Of a stretch of 64,000 nt of DNA, positions 30,334-40,775 are shown piece by piece (position 1 is the first letter of the stretch; each line of letters opens with the position of its first letter). The stretch is taken from positions 189-64,188 of the forward strand of contig CAWCPG010000024.1 of the NCBI GenBank assembly GCA_963797325.1. Reading direction: 5' to 3'. The stretch is from an uncultured Actinomycetota bacterium (GTDB lineage: Bacteria > Actinomycetota > Actinomycetes > Propionibacteriales > Nocardioidaceae). The notes beneath the pieces are model-generated. The model did not search any database, was not told where the DNA came from, and worked only from the letters and a program-made list of their open reading frames with translations. The position numbers and the translations under genes were made by a program.

Positions 30334-31200
30334 TCAGCTGGTGACGTCCTTGGTGGTGAACCTCGCCCAGGCGGCGGCGAGGAACACCACGGCGTACGAC
30401 GCGGCGAGCGCGAGACCGGCCACGATGTTGTTCCAGGCGATCGGGTCGCGGAACAGGTCGCCGAAGTCGAGCCAGTGGTGGGTCAGCAGGTAGGGGTGCA
30501 GCCAGCCGACCTGCGGGATCGAGTCGAGCACGAACGAGGTCGAGCTGATCATGATCGTGGCGATCATCGCCGCGATCGGTTGCTCGGTCAGGGTCGAGGC
30601 GAACAGGCCCACCGCGCCCAGGGCGGCCAGCCCGCAGGCGAGGTACGACGCCGCCAGCAGCACGCGGAGGAGCCCGGCGCCGAAGGAGATCTGGGTACCG
30701 GACAGCAGGGTCATCGGGCCGCCCCCGAACAGGATCAGCCCGATGACCATCCCGACCAGGGTGACGACGTACGTCGCGACGAAGGCGCCGACGACGATCG
30801 CGGCGTACTTGACCAGCAGCAGCCGGAGCCGGGTCACCGGCGCGACCAGCAGGTAGCGCAGGGTGCCGATGTTGGCCTCGCCGGCGACGCTGTCGCCGGA
30901 CACGACGGAGACCGCGAGCGGCAGGAACAGCCCGAGCTCGATGGTCAGCGCGGCCAGGGCGACGAAGAGTCCGTTGCCGGTGATCGAGCGGAAGAAGTCG
31001 GGTGCGTCCTGACCGGGCTGCGACAGCGTGCTCTTGACCGAGATCGCGATCAGCACGGGCACGGCCGCGAGGACGAGCAGCCCTGCCTGGTTGCGGCGAC
31101 GCCCGAACATCAGCCGCAGCTCGGAGAGGAAGAAGCGCGGCGACCACGCCGCCCGCGGCGCGCGGAGGACGGTCGTCGACGAGGCGTCAGCCACTGACAT
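30334..31200 (-). CDS. ABC-2 type transporter permease
   Basis: GDSVAGEANIGTLRYLLVAPV.R.RLL..K; multiple TM segments. Confidence 0.88.
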   Translation of the reverse strand: MSVADASSTTVLRAPRAAWSPRFFLSELRLMFGRRRNQAGLLVLAAVPVLIAISVKSTLSQPGQDAPDFFRSITGNGLFVALAALTIELGLFLPLAVSVVSGDSVAGEANIGTLRYLLVAPVTRLRLLLVKYAAIVVGAFVATYVVTLVGMVIGLILFGGGPMTLLSGTQISFGAGLLRVLLAASYLACGLAALGAVGLFASTLTEQPIAAMIATIMISSTSFVLDSIPQVGWLHPYLLTHHWLDFGDLFRDPIAWNNIVAGLALAASYAVVFLAAAWARFTTKDVTS

Positions 31201-32119
31201 CGAAGCCCTCCCCGGTCAGCGAGACGAACAGGTCCTCCAACGAGGGCCGGCCGACCCGGAAGCCCAGCACCGCGACGCCGGCGTGCACGCACGCGGCGAC
31301 GACCTTCTCCGGCGCCACCTCGCCGAGGTGACCGGTGGCGCTGCTCGCGGTCGTGTGGACCTCGGTCAGGCCGAGCTCTTCCAGCACGCGTGCGGCGTCA
31401 CCGGGCGAGTCGGTCTCGACGGTCGCCTCGGTGTTGCCCCCGGACCGCAGCTCGGCGCTCGAGCCCTGGGCGACGAGCCTCCCGACGTGCATCACGCCGA
31501 GGTGGGTGCACATCTGCTCCACCTCGGCGAGGAGGTGGCTGGACACCAGCACGGTGGTCCCGTCCTCGGCCAGCGACCCGACCAGCTGCCGGACCTCACG
31601 GGTGCCCTGCGGGTCGAGGCCGTTGGTCGGCTCGTCGAGGACCAGCAGGTCCTTGGGGGTCAGCAGGGCGCCCGCGATGGCGAGCCGTTGGCGCATGCCG
31701 AGCGAGTACGCGCGGAACCGCTTGTCGGCGGCGGCCAGGAGGCCGACCCGGTCGAGTGCGGCATCGACCCGTCGGCGGGCCGTGGACGGGTCCGCCGTGC
31801 GGTCGGCGGCGTCGAGGCGGTGCAGGTTGCGCCGGCCGGAGAGATAGGGATGGAAGGCCGGGCCCTCGACGAGCGCGCCGACCGCAGGGAGCACCGCGGC
31901 CGCTCGCGCCGGCATCGCCTCACCGAACAGCGCGACGTCGCCGGCCGTGGGCGCCACCAGGGCGAGCAGCATCCGGATGGTGGTGGTCTTCCCCGACCCG
32001 TTCGGGCCGAGGAAGCCGTAGACGGCGCCTCTGGGCACCTCGAGGTCGATCGCGTCGACCACGGTCTGCGACCCGAAGCGCTTGGTGAGTCCGCTCGTGC
32101 GGACGGCGAGGTCCGTCAC
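31187..32119 (-). CDS. ABC transporter ATP-binding protein
   Basis: GPNGSGKTT, YSLGMRQRL, LDEPTNGLDP, VSSH; GTGA overlap with the upstream gene. Confidence 0.92.
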   Translation of the reverse strand: MTDLAVRTSGLTKRFGSQTVVDAIDLEVPRGAVYGFLGPNGSGKTTTIRMLLALVAPTAGDVALFGEAMPARAAAVLPAVGALVEGPAFHPYLSGRRNLHRLDAADRTADPSTARRRVDAALDRVGLLAAADKRFRAYSLGMRQRLAIAGALLTPKDLLVLDEPTNGLDPQGTREVRQLVGSLAEDGTTVLVSSHLLAEVEQMCTHLGVMHVGRLVAQGSSAELRSGGNTEATVETDSPGDAARVLEELGLTEVHTTASSATGHLGEVAPEKVVAACVHAGVAVLGFRVGRPSLEDLFVSLTGEGFDVSG

Positions 32120-33219
32120 TGCCGCGCGAGCGCGTCGTACAGCTGCTGTGGCGCGACCGCCCCGACCGCCACCCGCCCGTCGTCGGTGAGCACCGCGGAG
32201 AACAGCGCACTCTTGCAGCAGGTGGCCCGAGCCCCAGGAGCCGGACACCGTCGGCAGCCTGTCGACGATGCCCCGCAGCGGGGACGGCCCGCCGGAGGTC
32301 TGGTCGTCGGCCGGCAGCGTGGCGACCAGCACGCTGGTCCAGCCCCGGCCGACGACGGTCGGCGCCCGGCCGCTGGGGGCGCTCTGGGTGCGGTGACCGG
32401 AGGGCGTGGGCAGCGTGCCCTGCTTGACCGTCGCGCCCGGGGGAGGGGTGAAGCCGAAGACCGAGGCATCCGGCGTGGCCGTCGAGAACGACGTGAACCC
32501 GACCTGGAAGGCCGGCGTCTTCGCGCCCCGCGCGAAGACCTGGACGCGCGTGGGGATGTGGGTGGTGCCGTCGATCGCGATGCGGACCGAGCCGACGAGC
32601 GAGCGGGGGTCGCGCGGCACCAGGCTGAGCACGTACGCCGGGCGGCCGGCGACCGTGGCGGTCGGGTCGGTGGACACGCGCGTGGTCGGGTCGATCGCCT
32701 TCAAGGCTGTCTCGGCGGCCTGCTGCGGCGTCATCGCCGTCCCGGCCGGCGGCGTCGGTGCGGCCGAGGTGCCGCGAGCGCCGTCGGGGACCGTCCAGTG
32801 GGTGGCGGTGTTGCTGCCGCTCGACCAGGCCCACAGGTCGCTGCCGTTGCGGACCAGGTCGGACTCGCCGAGCTGGCCCGAGCAGGGCCAGACGCTGCCG
32901 GTCGGGGCCGGCGTACCAGACGCGCATCGTGTGCGAGCCGGAGACCAGGGAGGAGAAGCTGGCTGCGTCGCCCCCGCGCCCGCCGATCGACGGCAGCGCC
33001 GGGAGCCCGAGGTCGGTCGTCTCGACGACGGTGCCGGACAGGGCGTGCACCTTCGCGTGGCTGACGTCGACGAGCAGCTGGGCCGCCGTACGCGGGGGAA
33101 GCGAGCCGTGGGCGTCGGCGGTGACGGCCTGGACCAGCGGGCCCGCGCCGACGAGGGCGACCACGGCCACGGCGGGCACGGCCCAGCGGGCACGTCGGGA
33201 GCGGAGGAGCGGAGGCCAT
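32116..33219 (-). CDS. secreted LolA/RseB-like lipoprotein-carrier-fold protein, frameshifted; start approximate
   Basis: signal-like N-terminus, LPPRTAAQLL, ALSGTVVETTDLGLP, GSHTMRVWY, VAGRPAYVLSLVP, VGRGWTSV. Confidence 0.7.
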
Positions 33220-33240
33220 GTCGTCCATCATGGCTCGCGG

Positions 33241-33262
33241 CCGCTGTGAGTCCGCTGAGAAC
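33241..33262. promoter_or_regulatory. MprA-like direct repeat between the divergent ABC operon and two-component genes
   Basis: minus strand TCTCAG-N5-TCACAG, 11-bp period. Confidence 0.5.
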
Positions 33263-33314
33263 CTGTGATCGCAGTCAGCCACGGCGGTCGCGGAGCCCGT
33301 GCCAAGGTGGGCGC

Positions 33315-33974
33315 ATGCGGCTGCTGGTCGTCGAGGACGAGGCGCGGCTGGCGCGCGCCCTGCAGCGCGGGCTGACCGCCGACGGCTTCACCGTCGACGT
33401 GGCGGCCGACGGGGTGTCCGGCCTGGCTCGGGCCCTCGAGGGGCAGTACGACGCCGTGCTGCTCGACGTGATGCTGCCCGGGCTGTCCGGCTACGAGGTG
33501 GTGAAGCGGCTGCGGGCCGAGGACAGCTGGGTGCCGGTGATGATGGTCTCGGCCAAGGACGGGCCCTACGACCAGGCCGACGGGCTCGACTACGGCGCGG
33601 ACGACTACCTCACCAAGCCCTTCGACTACGTCGTCCTGCTGGCCCGGCTGCGCGCGCTGCTGCGACGGCAGAGCGACCCGAGGCCACCGGTGCTGGCCCA
33701 CGGCGACGTCGCTCTCGACCCGGCGACCCGGCAGGTGACCCTCGGCGGCGAGCCGGTCGCCCTCAGCCGACGCGAGCACGAGCTGCTGGAGTTCTTCCTG
33801 CGCCACCCCGACCGGGTCGTCACCAAGACCGAGCTGCTCGACCGGGTCTGGGACGCCCGCGGAGGGGGCTACGAGCCGAACACCGTCGAGGTGTACGTCG
33901 GCTACCTGCGGCGCAAGCTCGGGCCCGGACTGATCGAGACGGTGCGCGGCGCCGGCTACCGGCTCGCCCGATGA
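33315..33974 (+). CDS. OmpR family response regulator
   Basis: MRLLVVEDE, LLDVMLPG, GADDYLTKPF, VYVGYLRRKL..ETVRGAGY. Confidence 0.93.
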   Translation: MRLLVVEDEARLARALQRGLTADGFTVDVAADGVSGLARALEGQYDAVLLDVMLPGLSGYEVVKRLRAEDSWVPVMMVSAKDGPYDQADGLDYGADDYLTKPFDYVVLLARLRALLRRQSDPRPPVLAHGDVALDPATRQVTLGGEPVALSRREHELLEFFLRHPDRVVTKTELLDRVWDARGGGYEPNTVEVYVGYLRRKLGPGLIETVRGAGYRLAR

Positions 33975-35368
33975 GCACCGGCCTCGCCGGGCCGGCCGGG
34001 TGGTGGCGTCGCCGCTCGCTGCGGGCGCGGCTGATGACGATCGGGCTCCTGGGGCTGGCGGTGGCGCTGGCCGTCGGCAGCGTCGCGCTCTACGTCGCCC
34101 TCTCGCTGGCCAACCGGCACGACCTCGACCGGCGCGCGGAGGCCACGGCCGCCCAGGTCGCCGACCTGGTCACCTCGGGCCGGCTGCCCGACCCGATCCC
34201 GGTGACCGGGACCGAGTCGGTCCAGGTGATCGACGCGCGCGGGCGCGTGCTGAGTGCCTCGGCGAACGGCGACCGGCTCACCCCGCTGCTGAGCGCCGAC
34301 GAGCTGAGCCGTGCCGAGACCTCGCCGGTGACGGTGTCGGGGTCGCGGCTCGGGATGAGCTCGACGCTCCGGGTCAGCGCCACGCCCGTCTCGTCGGCCG
34401 CGGACGCCCCGGTCGTGGTGGTGGCGGAGCCGGTCGCCGACCTGGCGCGCAGCCAGCACCTGCTCGTCGTGACGCTGCTCGTGACCTACCCGCTCCTGCT
34501 GCTCGTCCTCGGCCTGATCGCGTGGCGGGTGATCGGCGCGGCGCTGCGGCCCGTGGAGTCGCTTCGCTCGGCGGCGGAGCGGGTGTCCGGGGCGGGTCAG
34601 GACGAGCGGCTGCCGGTGCCCGAGTCGCGTGACGAGATCCACGCCCTGGCCGTGACCCTGAACTCGATGCTCGACCGGCTCGCGGCGGCCCGCGACCGCG
34701 AGCACAGCTTCGTCGCGAACGTCGCCCACGAGCTGCGCAGCCCGCTGGCGTCGCTGCGGGTGCAGGTCGACGTCGCCGGGCGGCACGGGGCCACCGACGA
34801 GGACCAGGCCGACCTCGGCGCCGAGCTGGTGCGGCTCTCGGCACTGGTCGACGACCTGCTCGTGCTGGCCCGGCTCGACGCGGGCGAGCCGCTGCCGGCT
34901 CCGGAGCCGCCGGTCTGTCCGGCGGCCGTCCTGCCGGGGTTCGCGACGACCGAGCCGCCGGCGGTGGCCGTCGGTGACGTGACCGACGGCACCCTGCCGA
35001 TGAGCCGGCTCGAGCTCGAGCGGGTCGTCGGGAACCTGGTCGCCAACGCCCGTCGCCACGCGCGCTCCCGCGTCGACCTCTCGTTCCGTCGTACGGCGGG
35101 GGGAGGCGTGGTCGCGGTCGCGGACGACGGCGACGGGGTCCCGGCGGCCGACCGCGAGCGCGTCTTCGACCGCTTCGCCCGCCTCGACGACGCCCGCGAC
35201 CGCGACAGCGGCGGCAGCGGGCTCGGGCTGGCGATCGCCCGCGAGCTGGTCCGCCGCCGCGGCGGCGACCTCGGCCTCGGCGACTCGTCGTACGGCGGCC
35301 TCCTCGCCGAGCTCCGCTTCCCCGCCGAGCCCCTGATGCCGTTCAGTGGGGCGACCCGGCGGGGGTGA
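33971..35368 (+). CDS. HAMP-domain sensor histidine kinase
   Basis: two TM segments, HAMP, FVANVAHELRSPL, NLVANARRH, DDGDGV, GGSGLGLAI; ATGA overlap. Confidence 0.92.
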   Translation: MSTGLAGPAGWWRRRSLRARLMTIGLLGLAVALAVGSVALYVALSLANRHDLDRRAEATAAQVADLVTSGRLPDPIPVTGTESVQVIDARGRVLSASANGDRLTPLLSADELSRAETSPVTVSGSRLGMSSTLRVSATPVSSAADAPVVVVAEPVADLARSQHLLVVTLLVTYPLLLLVLGLIAWRVIGAALRPVESLRSAAERVSGAGQDERLPVPESRDEIHALAVTLNSMLDRLAAARDREHSFVANVAHELRSPLASLRVQVDVAGRHGATDEDQADLGAELVRLSALVDDLLVLARLDAGEPLPAPEPPVCPAAVLPGFATTEPPAVAVGDVTDGTLPMSRLELERVVGNLVANARRHARSRVDLSFRRTAGGGVVAVADDGDGVPAADRERVFDRFARLDDARDRDSGGSGLGLAIARELVRRRGGDLGLGDSSYGGLLAELRFPAEPLMPFSGATRRG

Positions 35369-36213
35369 GCAGGGCCAGGACGCGCGCCAGCTCCTCGACG
35401 CCGTCGACCAGACGGGTGCCGGGACGGGCCCAGGAGGCGTTGGCGTCGACGGCGTGCACCGGTACGCCGGGTGGCAGCGCGCCGCCCGCGACCAGCTCGT
35501 CGGCCAGCCGGCGACAGCCGTCGCGGTCGAAGCCGCACGGCGCCACCACGACCAGGTCGGGCTCGGCCGCGTGGACCTCCTCCCAGGTCACCCGTCGCGA
35601 CTTCTCGCCGGGCGTCGCCAGCAGTGGCTCGCCGCCCGCGAGCGAGATCATCTCCGGGATCCAGTGCCCGGGAGCGAACGGCGGGTCGGTCCACTCCAGG
35701 AACATCACCCGGGGGCGCCGTCGCCCCTCGGTCTCCCGGCGTACGACGTCCAGCCGCCGCCGCTGGTCGGCGACGAGCCGCTCGGCCGCGTCCTCGTGCC
35801 CGGTCGCCCGGCCGAGCGTGACGATCGAGCGCCAGGACCTCATCGAGGGTGTGGGGGTCGATCGTCAGCACCTCGGCCGTGCAGCCGAGGTGGGCGAGCG
35901 CGTCGTCGACCACGGAGACGTCCACGGCGCACACGGCGCAGAGGTCCTGGGTCACCACGAGGTCGGCGTCGAGGTCGGCCAACGCGCCGGCGTCGAGGTG
36001 GTAGAGGTCGTCGCCGCGGGCCATCGCCTCGACCACGAACGCGTCGATCGCAGCCGGCGGCAGGCCCTCGGGCATCGCCGAGGTCGACACGATCCGCCGG
36101 CTCCGGGCCTCGGCCGGGAAGTCGCACTCGAAGGTCACCCCGACCACGGCGTCGCCCGCCCCGATCGCGAACAGGATCTCCGTGGTCGAGGGGAGCAACG
36201 AGACGATCCGCAC
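35343..36213 (-). CDS. cobalamin/iron-siderophore-type substrate-binding protein, frameshift near 35835
   Basis: RIVSLLPSTTEILFA..VGVTFECDFP, TQDLCAVCAV, LEWTDPPFAPGHW.PE, RPGTRLVDG. Confidence 0.82.
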
Positions 36214-36246
36214 CCGACCACCGTAGATGGCTAGGGTCGGCACGCG

Positions 36247-36813
36247 ATGGACGACCACGTGGCAGCACTCTGGGACGAGACGACCCGGCCGAGCCTCGAC
36301 GAGCCCGCCGGTGCGGCGTACTCGACGCAGCAGGAGGCCTACCACCGGCATCTGGTGGAGATCCACGACCACCTGCGCTCGGAGCTCACCCGGCTGCACG
36401 GTCTGGTCGAGGAGGTGCGCCGCGGCGTGCTGACCGCCGGCGAGGCCCGCTCGGAGGTCCACGCGATGTCGCTGCGGCAGAACAACTGGACCCTCGGCGC
36501 CTACTGCCAGTCCTACTGCGGCTTCGTCAACGGCCACCACTCCCTCGAGGACACCAGCGTGTTCCCACACCTGCGACGCGCCGAGCCCGACGCCGCGCCG
36601 GTGCTGGACCGTCTCTCGGAGGAGCACCTCGTGATCCACCACCTGCTCGACGACGTCGACCGGGTCCTGGTCGGGCTCGTGCAGGACGCCGACGAGGACG
36701 CGCTGGATGCCGTGGAGGCGTCGCTGCAGGCCCTCGGCGACCGGTTGCTCAGCCATCTGGCCTACGAGGAGCGCGAGCTGCGCGGTCCACTGGCCCGCCA
36801 CGGCTTCTACTGA
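36247..36813 (+). CDS. hemerythrin-like (HHE) domain protein
   Basis: HLVEIHDHLR, GHHSLED..FPHL, LSEEH..IH, SHLAYEE. Confidence 0.8.
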   Translation: MDDHVAALWDETTRPSLDEPAGAAYSTQQEAYHRHLVEIHDHLRSELTRLHGLVEEVRRGVLTAGEARSEVHAMSLRQNNWTLGAYCQSYCGFVNGHHSLEDTSVFPHLRRAEPDAAPVLDRLSEEHLVIHHLLDDVDRVLVGLVQDADEDALDAVEASLQALGDRLLSHLAYEERELRGPLARHGFY

Positions 36814-36832
36814 CCTCTCCTAGAGTCGCGGC

Positions 36833-37613
36833 GTGAGTGACCCGTCGACGACCGTGCTGCTCCTCCTGGGGCTGGCCGGGCTCGCGGCGGGGTTCGTGGA
36901 CGCGGTCGTCGGGGGCGGCGGGCTGATCCAGCTCCCGGCCCTCCTGCTCGGGCTGCCGTCGGCGGCGCCGGTCAACGTCCTGGCCACCAACAAGCTGCAG
37001 CTCCATCTGCGGGACGACCGTCAGCAGCACGACGTACTACCGCCGCGTCCGACCCGACCCGCGCACCTTCGGGCCGCTGATGGGGTGTGCCTTCGCCGGC
37101 TCGATCGCCGGCGCTGTGGTCGGTTCCCACCTCTCGGCCGCCGCCTTCGACCCGATCGTGCTGGTGGTCCTGATCGTGGTCGGCGGCTACGTCGTGTTCC
37201 GGCCCGCGCTGGGGGAGGCGACCGCGCTGCGCTTCCGCGGCCGTCGGCACACCGGGGTCGCGATGGCGACCGGGCTGGTGATCGGCTTCTACGACGGCGC
37301 GCTCGGCCCGGGGACCGGCAGCTTCTTCGTGATCTCGCTGGTCGGGCTGCTCGGCTACAGCTTCCTCGAGGCCTCCGCCAAGGCGCGGCTCGCCAACTGG
37401 GCGACGAACCTGGCGGCCCTCTGCGTCTTCGTGCCGCAGGGCGCGGTGCTGTGGAAGGTGGGGCTGGTGATGGGTCTGTGCAACCTGCTCGGCGGCTACG
37501 TCGGAGCCCGTACGGCGGTCGCACGCGGTGTCGGCTTCGTCCGGGTGTTCTTCATCGTCGTGGTCTCGGCGTTCATCGTCCGGATCGGCGGCGACGTCCT
37601 CGGGATCTGGTGA
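36833..37613 (+). CDS. TSUP/TauE-SafE family transporter, frameshift near 37000
   Basis: AGFVDAVVGGGGLIQLP..ATNK and GFYDGALGPGTGSF. Confidence 0.88.
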
Positions 37614-37663
37614 TCGGAGAACGCGGGTGCGGCCGGCACCCACTCGGACTAACGTCGACGGCC

Positions 37664-38194
37664 ATGGAACGTACCGAACGCCCCCTCCGCGCCGACGAGG
37701 TCACGTCCCTCCGCGGCTTCCTCGACTACCACCGCGACACCTTCAAGATGAAGTGCTCCGGGCTGAGCCAGGCGCAGCTGGCGCAACCGCTGCCGCCCAG
37801 CGACATGACGTTGGGCGGGATGATGAAGCACCTCGCCATCGTCGACCAGAGCTGGTTCGAGGACGACTTCGCGGGCCGCGGGTTCATGCCTCCGTTCGAC
37901 ACCGTCGACTGGGACGCCGACCGCGACTGGGAGTGGCACAGCGCGAAGGACGACACGCCCGAGGAGCTCTTTGCGCTCTTCGACGAGGCGGTACGCCGCT
38001 CGAACACCGTGCTGGACGAGGCACTGGGGCCCGGCGGAGTGGGCCTCGACGGTCTCTCCGTGCCCGATCCCGAGGGCGACGACGGTCGCTTCAGCCTGCG
38101 CTGGATCGTGCTGCACATGATCGAGGAGTACGCCCGCCACAACGGTCACGCCGACCTGATCCGTGAGTCGATCGACGGCCAGACCGGCCAGTGA
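37664..38194 (+). CDS. DinB family protein (DUF664/mycothiol S-transferase-like), copy 1
   Basis: FLDYHRDT, TLGGMMKHLA, RWIVLHMIEEYARHNGHADLIRESIDG. Confidence 0.9.
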   Translation: MERTERPLRADEVTSLRGFLDYHRDTFKMKCSGLSQAQLAQPLPPSDMTLGGMMKHLAIVDQSWFEDDFAGRGFMPPFDTVDWDADRDWEWHSAKDDTPEELFALFDEAVRRSNTVLDEALGPGGVGLDGLSVPDPEGDDGRFSLRWIVLHMIEEYARHNGHADLIRESIDGQTGQ

Positions 38195-38245
38195 GACCGG
38201 AAACGCGGGTGCGGCACGTCGGGGCGGGTCGCTAGCGTCGCGGCC

Positions 38246-38791
38246 ATGACCCCTGCCACTGCCGACGCACGGATCGACCCGCCGCTGATCGCCGACGAGC
38301 TCCCGACCCTCCGTGGCTACCTCGACTTCCACCGCGACACCCTGCGGTGGAAGACCGCCGGGCTCGACCAGCAGCAGCTGGCCACGCCGCACCCGCCGTC
38401 GACGATGACGCTGGGCGGCATCATGAAGCACCTCGCGCTCGTCGAGGACCACTGGTTCAGCGTCATCCTCCTGGGCAACGAGCAGGCCGAGCAGTGGCGC
38501 GACGTCGACTGGGAGGGCGACCCCGACTGGGAGTGGCGCACCGCGGCCGACGACACCCCGGAGCAGCAGCTCGCCCTCTTCGACGAGGCGTGCGCGGCCA
38601 GCGACCGGTGCCTGGAGGAGGCGCTGGCGGCCGGCACCGGCCTCGACACCCCGTCGGTCAAGGAGAGCCGCCGCGAGAAGTCGGCGTTCTCGGCTCGGTG
38701 GATCGTCGTCCACATGATCGAGGAGTACGCCCGTCACAACGGCCACGCCGACCTGATCCGCGAGGCGATCGACGGCCAGACCGGCGAGTGA
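38246..38791 (+). CDS. DinB family protein, copy 2
   Basis: YLDFHRDT, TLGGIMKHLA, RWIVVHMIEEYARHNGHADLIREAIDG. Confidence 0.9.
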   Translation: MTPATADARIDPPLIADELPTLRGYLDFHRDTLRWKTAGLDQQQLATPHPPSTMTLGGIMKHLALVEDHWFSVILLGNEQAEQWRDVDWEGDPDWEWRTAADDTPEQQLALFDEACAASDRCLEEALAAGTGLDTPSVKESRREKSAFSARWIVVHMIEEYARHNGHADLIREAIDGQTGE

Positions 38792-38798
38792 CCCGCCG

Positions 38799-39299
38799 GT
38801 GACGCCCGACCCACGGATCCGCGCGGCCACCGCCGACGACTGGCCCCGGATCTGGCCGTTCTTCGCCGAGATCGTCGCCGCGGGGGAGTCCTACGCGTTC
38901 CCCGACGACCTCACCGTCGAGTCCGGCAGGGGCTGGTGGATGGAGCGCCCGCCCGGCCGCACGGTGGTGCTCGAGGACGACGGCCGGATCGTGGGCTCGG
39001 CCAAGATGGGCCCCAACCGGCCCGGGCGCGGAGACCACGTCGGGACCGCGTCGTTCATGGTCGACCCCGCGACGTCCGGGCGCGGTGTCGGCCGCGCGCT
39101 CGCGTCACACGTCGTGGCGTGGCTCCGCGAGCAGGGCTACGCCGCCATCCAGTTCAACGCGGTCGTGGAGACCAACACCGCGGCCGTGCACCTGTGGCAG
39201 TCGCTGGGGTTCGAGATCATCGGCACCGTGCCCGGCGCCTTCCGCTCGGCCGCCCACGGCCCGGTGGGCCTGCACGTGATGTATCTGCCGCTGGGCTGA
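38799..39299 (+). CDS. GNAT N-acetyltransferase
   Basis: NRPGRGDHVGTASFMV..GRGVGR..IQFNAVVETN..LWQSLGF. Confidence 0.9.
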   Translation: MTPDPRIRAATADDWPRIWPFFAEIVAAGESYAFPDDLTVESGRGWWMERPPGRTVVLEDDGRIVGSAKMGPNRPGRGDHVGTASFMVDPATSGRGVGRALASHVVAWLREQGYAAIQFNAVVETNTAAVHLWQSLGFEIIGTVPGAFRSAAHGPVGLHVMYLPLG

Positions 39300-39304
39300 G
39301 CGAG

Positions 39305-40648
39305 TCAGGCCGCGAACCCCGGCAGGTACTCGGTGAGGATCTGCCGGAACGGCGCCTCGGCGCCGAGCTGGCTCAGCACCCCGACGCCACCCAGCCAGGT
39401 GCGGTGGATCAGCAGGTAGTCCGGTGGCAGGTTGAGCTTCAGCGCCAGGGTGAAGGTCGGCTCCTTGGGGTTGTTGAGCCGCTGGAACTGCTCCTGCAAC
39501 CACTCGCGGGAGAAGCGGAAGCGCTCGACCTGGGTCGGCTCGACGAACGGCGCGAGGTAGTCGAGGACCAGCTCGGGGTCGAGCTTCACGCCCGGCTTGA
39601 TGAAGCCTTCGTTGCGCAGACCCGCGACGAGCTCGTCGGGGTCGCGCAGGCCCGCGATCCGGATCAGCGCCCCCATCGCCTGGGGCAGGGCACGGCCGGG
39701 GAGGCGGGCCACGGCACCGTAGTCGAGCACGCCGAGCCGACCCGGGCTGCCGTCGTCGTTCGGCAGGATCCGGAAGTTGCCCGGGTGGGGGTCGGCGTGC
39801 AGCATCCCGGTGCGCGCCGGGCCGGAGAAGAGGAAGCGCACGAACAGCTCGCCGTAGTGGTCGCGCTCCTGCTGGGTGCCGCTCTCGATGATCGTCGCGA
39901 GCGAGGCCGGGCTGTCGAGCCACTCGGTGACCAGGACGTGCTGACCGACCGCGACCACGTCGGGGACGACGATCTCCGGATCACCGCGGAAGGCGGCGGC
40001 GAAGGCCCGCTGCGCCTCGGCCTCGAGGGTGTAGTCGAGCTCGTCGTTGGCCCGGGCCTGCAGCTCGGCGATCAGCGGCTTCACGTCGATGCCGGGAGCC
40101 ATCGGTCCGATCGTCCTGGCCAGGCGAGCGAGCTGGCGCAGGTCGCTGCGCAGGGCGTCGCCGGCGCCGGGGTACTGCACCTTGACCGCCACCTCGCGTC
40201 CGTCGGACCAGCGGCCCAGGTGGACCTGACCGATCGAGGCGGCGGCGGTCGGCCCGCCGTCGAGCCAGACCAGCTCGTCGCGCCAGTGGGCGCCGAGGTC
40301 GGCGGCGATCTGGTCGCGCACGGTCTGGGTCGGCATCGGGGGCGCGGAGTCCTGGAGCCGGGTCAGCTCGGCGCGGTAGGGCGCCCCGAGCTCGTCGGGG
40401 AGCGCGGCCTCGAGCACCGACATCGCCTGCCCGAACTTCATCGCGCCGCCCTTGAGCTCGCCCAGGGTCCGGAAGAGCTGCTCGGCGGTGCGCTGCTGGA
40501 TCTCGCCCATCACCACGTCGGCGTTCTTGCCGCCGAGCCGCTTGCCGAACCCGAGGGCGTTCCGCCCGGCGTACCCCAGGGGCAACGCCGCCAGCCGCGC
40601 GGTGCGCGCGACGGCCTTCCGGGGCAGCTCGGTCATATCGTCCATCAT
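39305..40648 (-). CDS. ABC1/UbiB atypical kinase family protein
   Basis: LKGGAMKFGQ, AAASIGQVH, VAVKVQYPG, HADPHPGNF, LDYG. Confidence 0.92.
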   Translation of the reverse strand: MMDDMTELPRKAVARTARLAALPLGYAGRNALGFGKRLGGKNADVVMGEIQQRTAEQLFRTLGELKGGAMKFGQAMSVLEAALPDELGAPYRAELTRLQDSAPPMPTQTVRDQIAADLGAHWRDELVWLDGGPTAAASIGQVHLGRWSDGREVAVKVQYPGAGDALRSDLRQLARLARTIGPMAPGIDVKPLIAELQARANDELDYTLEAEAQRAFAAAFRGDPEIVVPDVVAVGQHVLVTEWLDSPASLATIIESGTQQERDHYGELFVRFLFSGPARTGMLHADPHPGNFRILPNDDGSPGRLGVLDYGAVARLPGRALPQAMGALIRIAGLRDPDELVAGLRNEGFIKPGVKLDPELVLDYLAPFVEPTQVERFRFSREWLQEQFQRLNNPKEPTFTLALKLNLPPDYLLIHRTWLGGVGVLSQLGAEAPFRQILTEYLPGFAA

Positions 40649-40775
40649 CCCCGACGGGTGGTGGAGCCGGGCATCCCCGCGGGTCGCGGGGCGCGCCGAG
40701 CCGGCCGCGAGCCGGGAGAGCGCGGTGATCCGTGGTCACGAGGTGACTGCGATCGACCGCCGTCCGGGGAGCGGC

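Noticed and set aside
36833-38194. TSUP-DinB fusion implied by the 453-aa ORF
   Set aside because: Caused by a frameshift near 37000. TSUP ends at 37613 and DinB has its own -10 and start at 37664.
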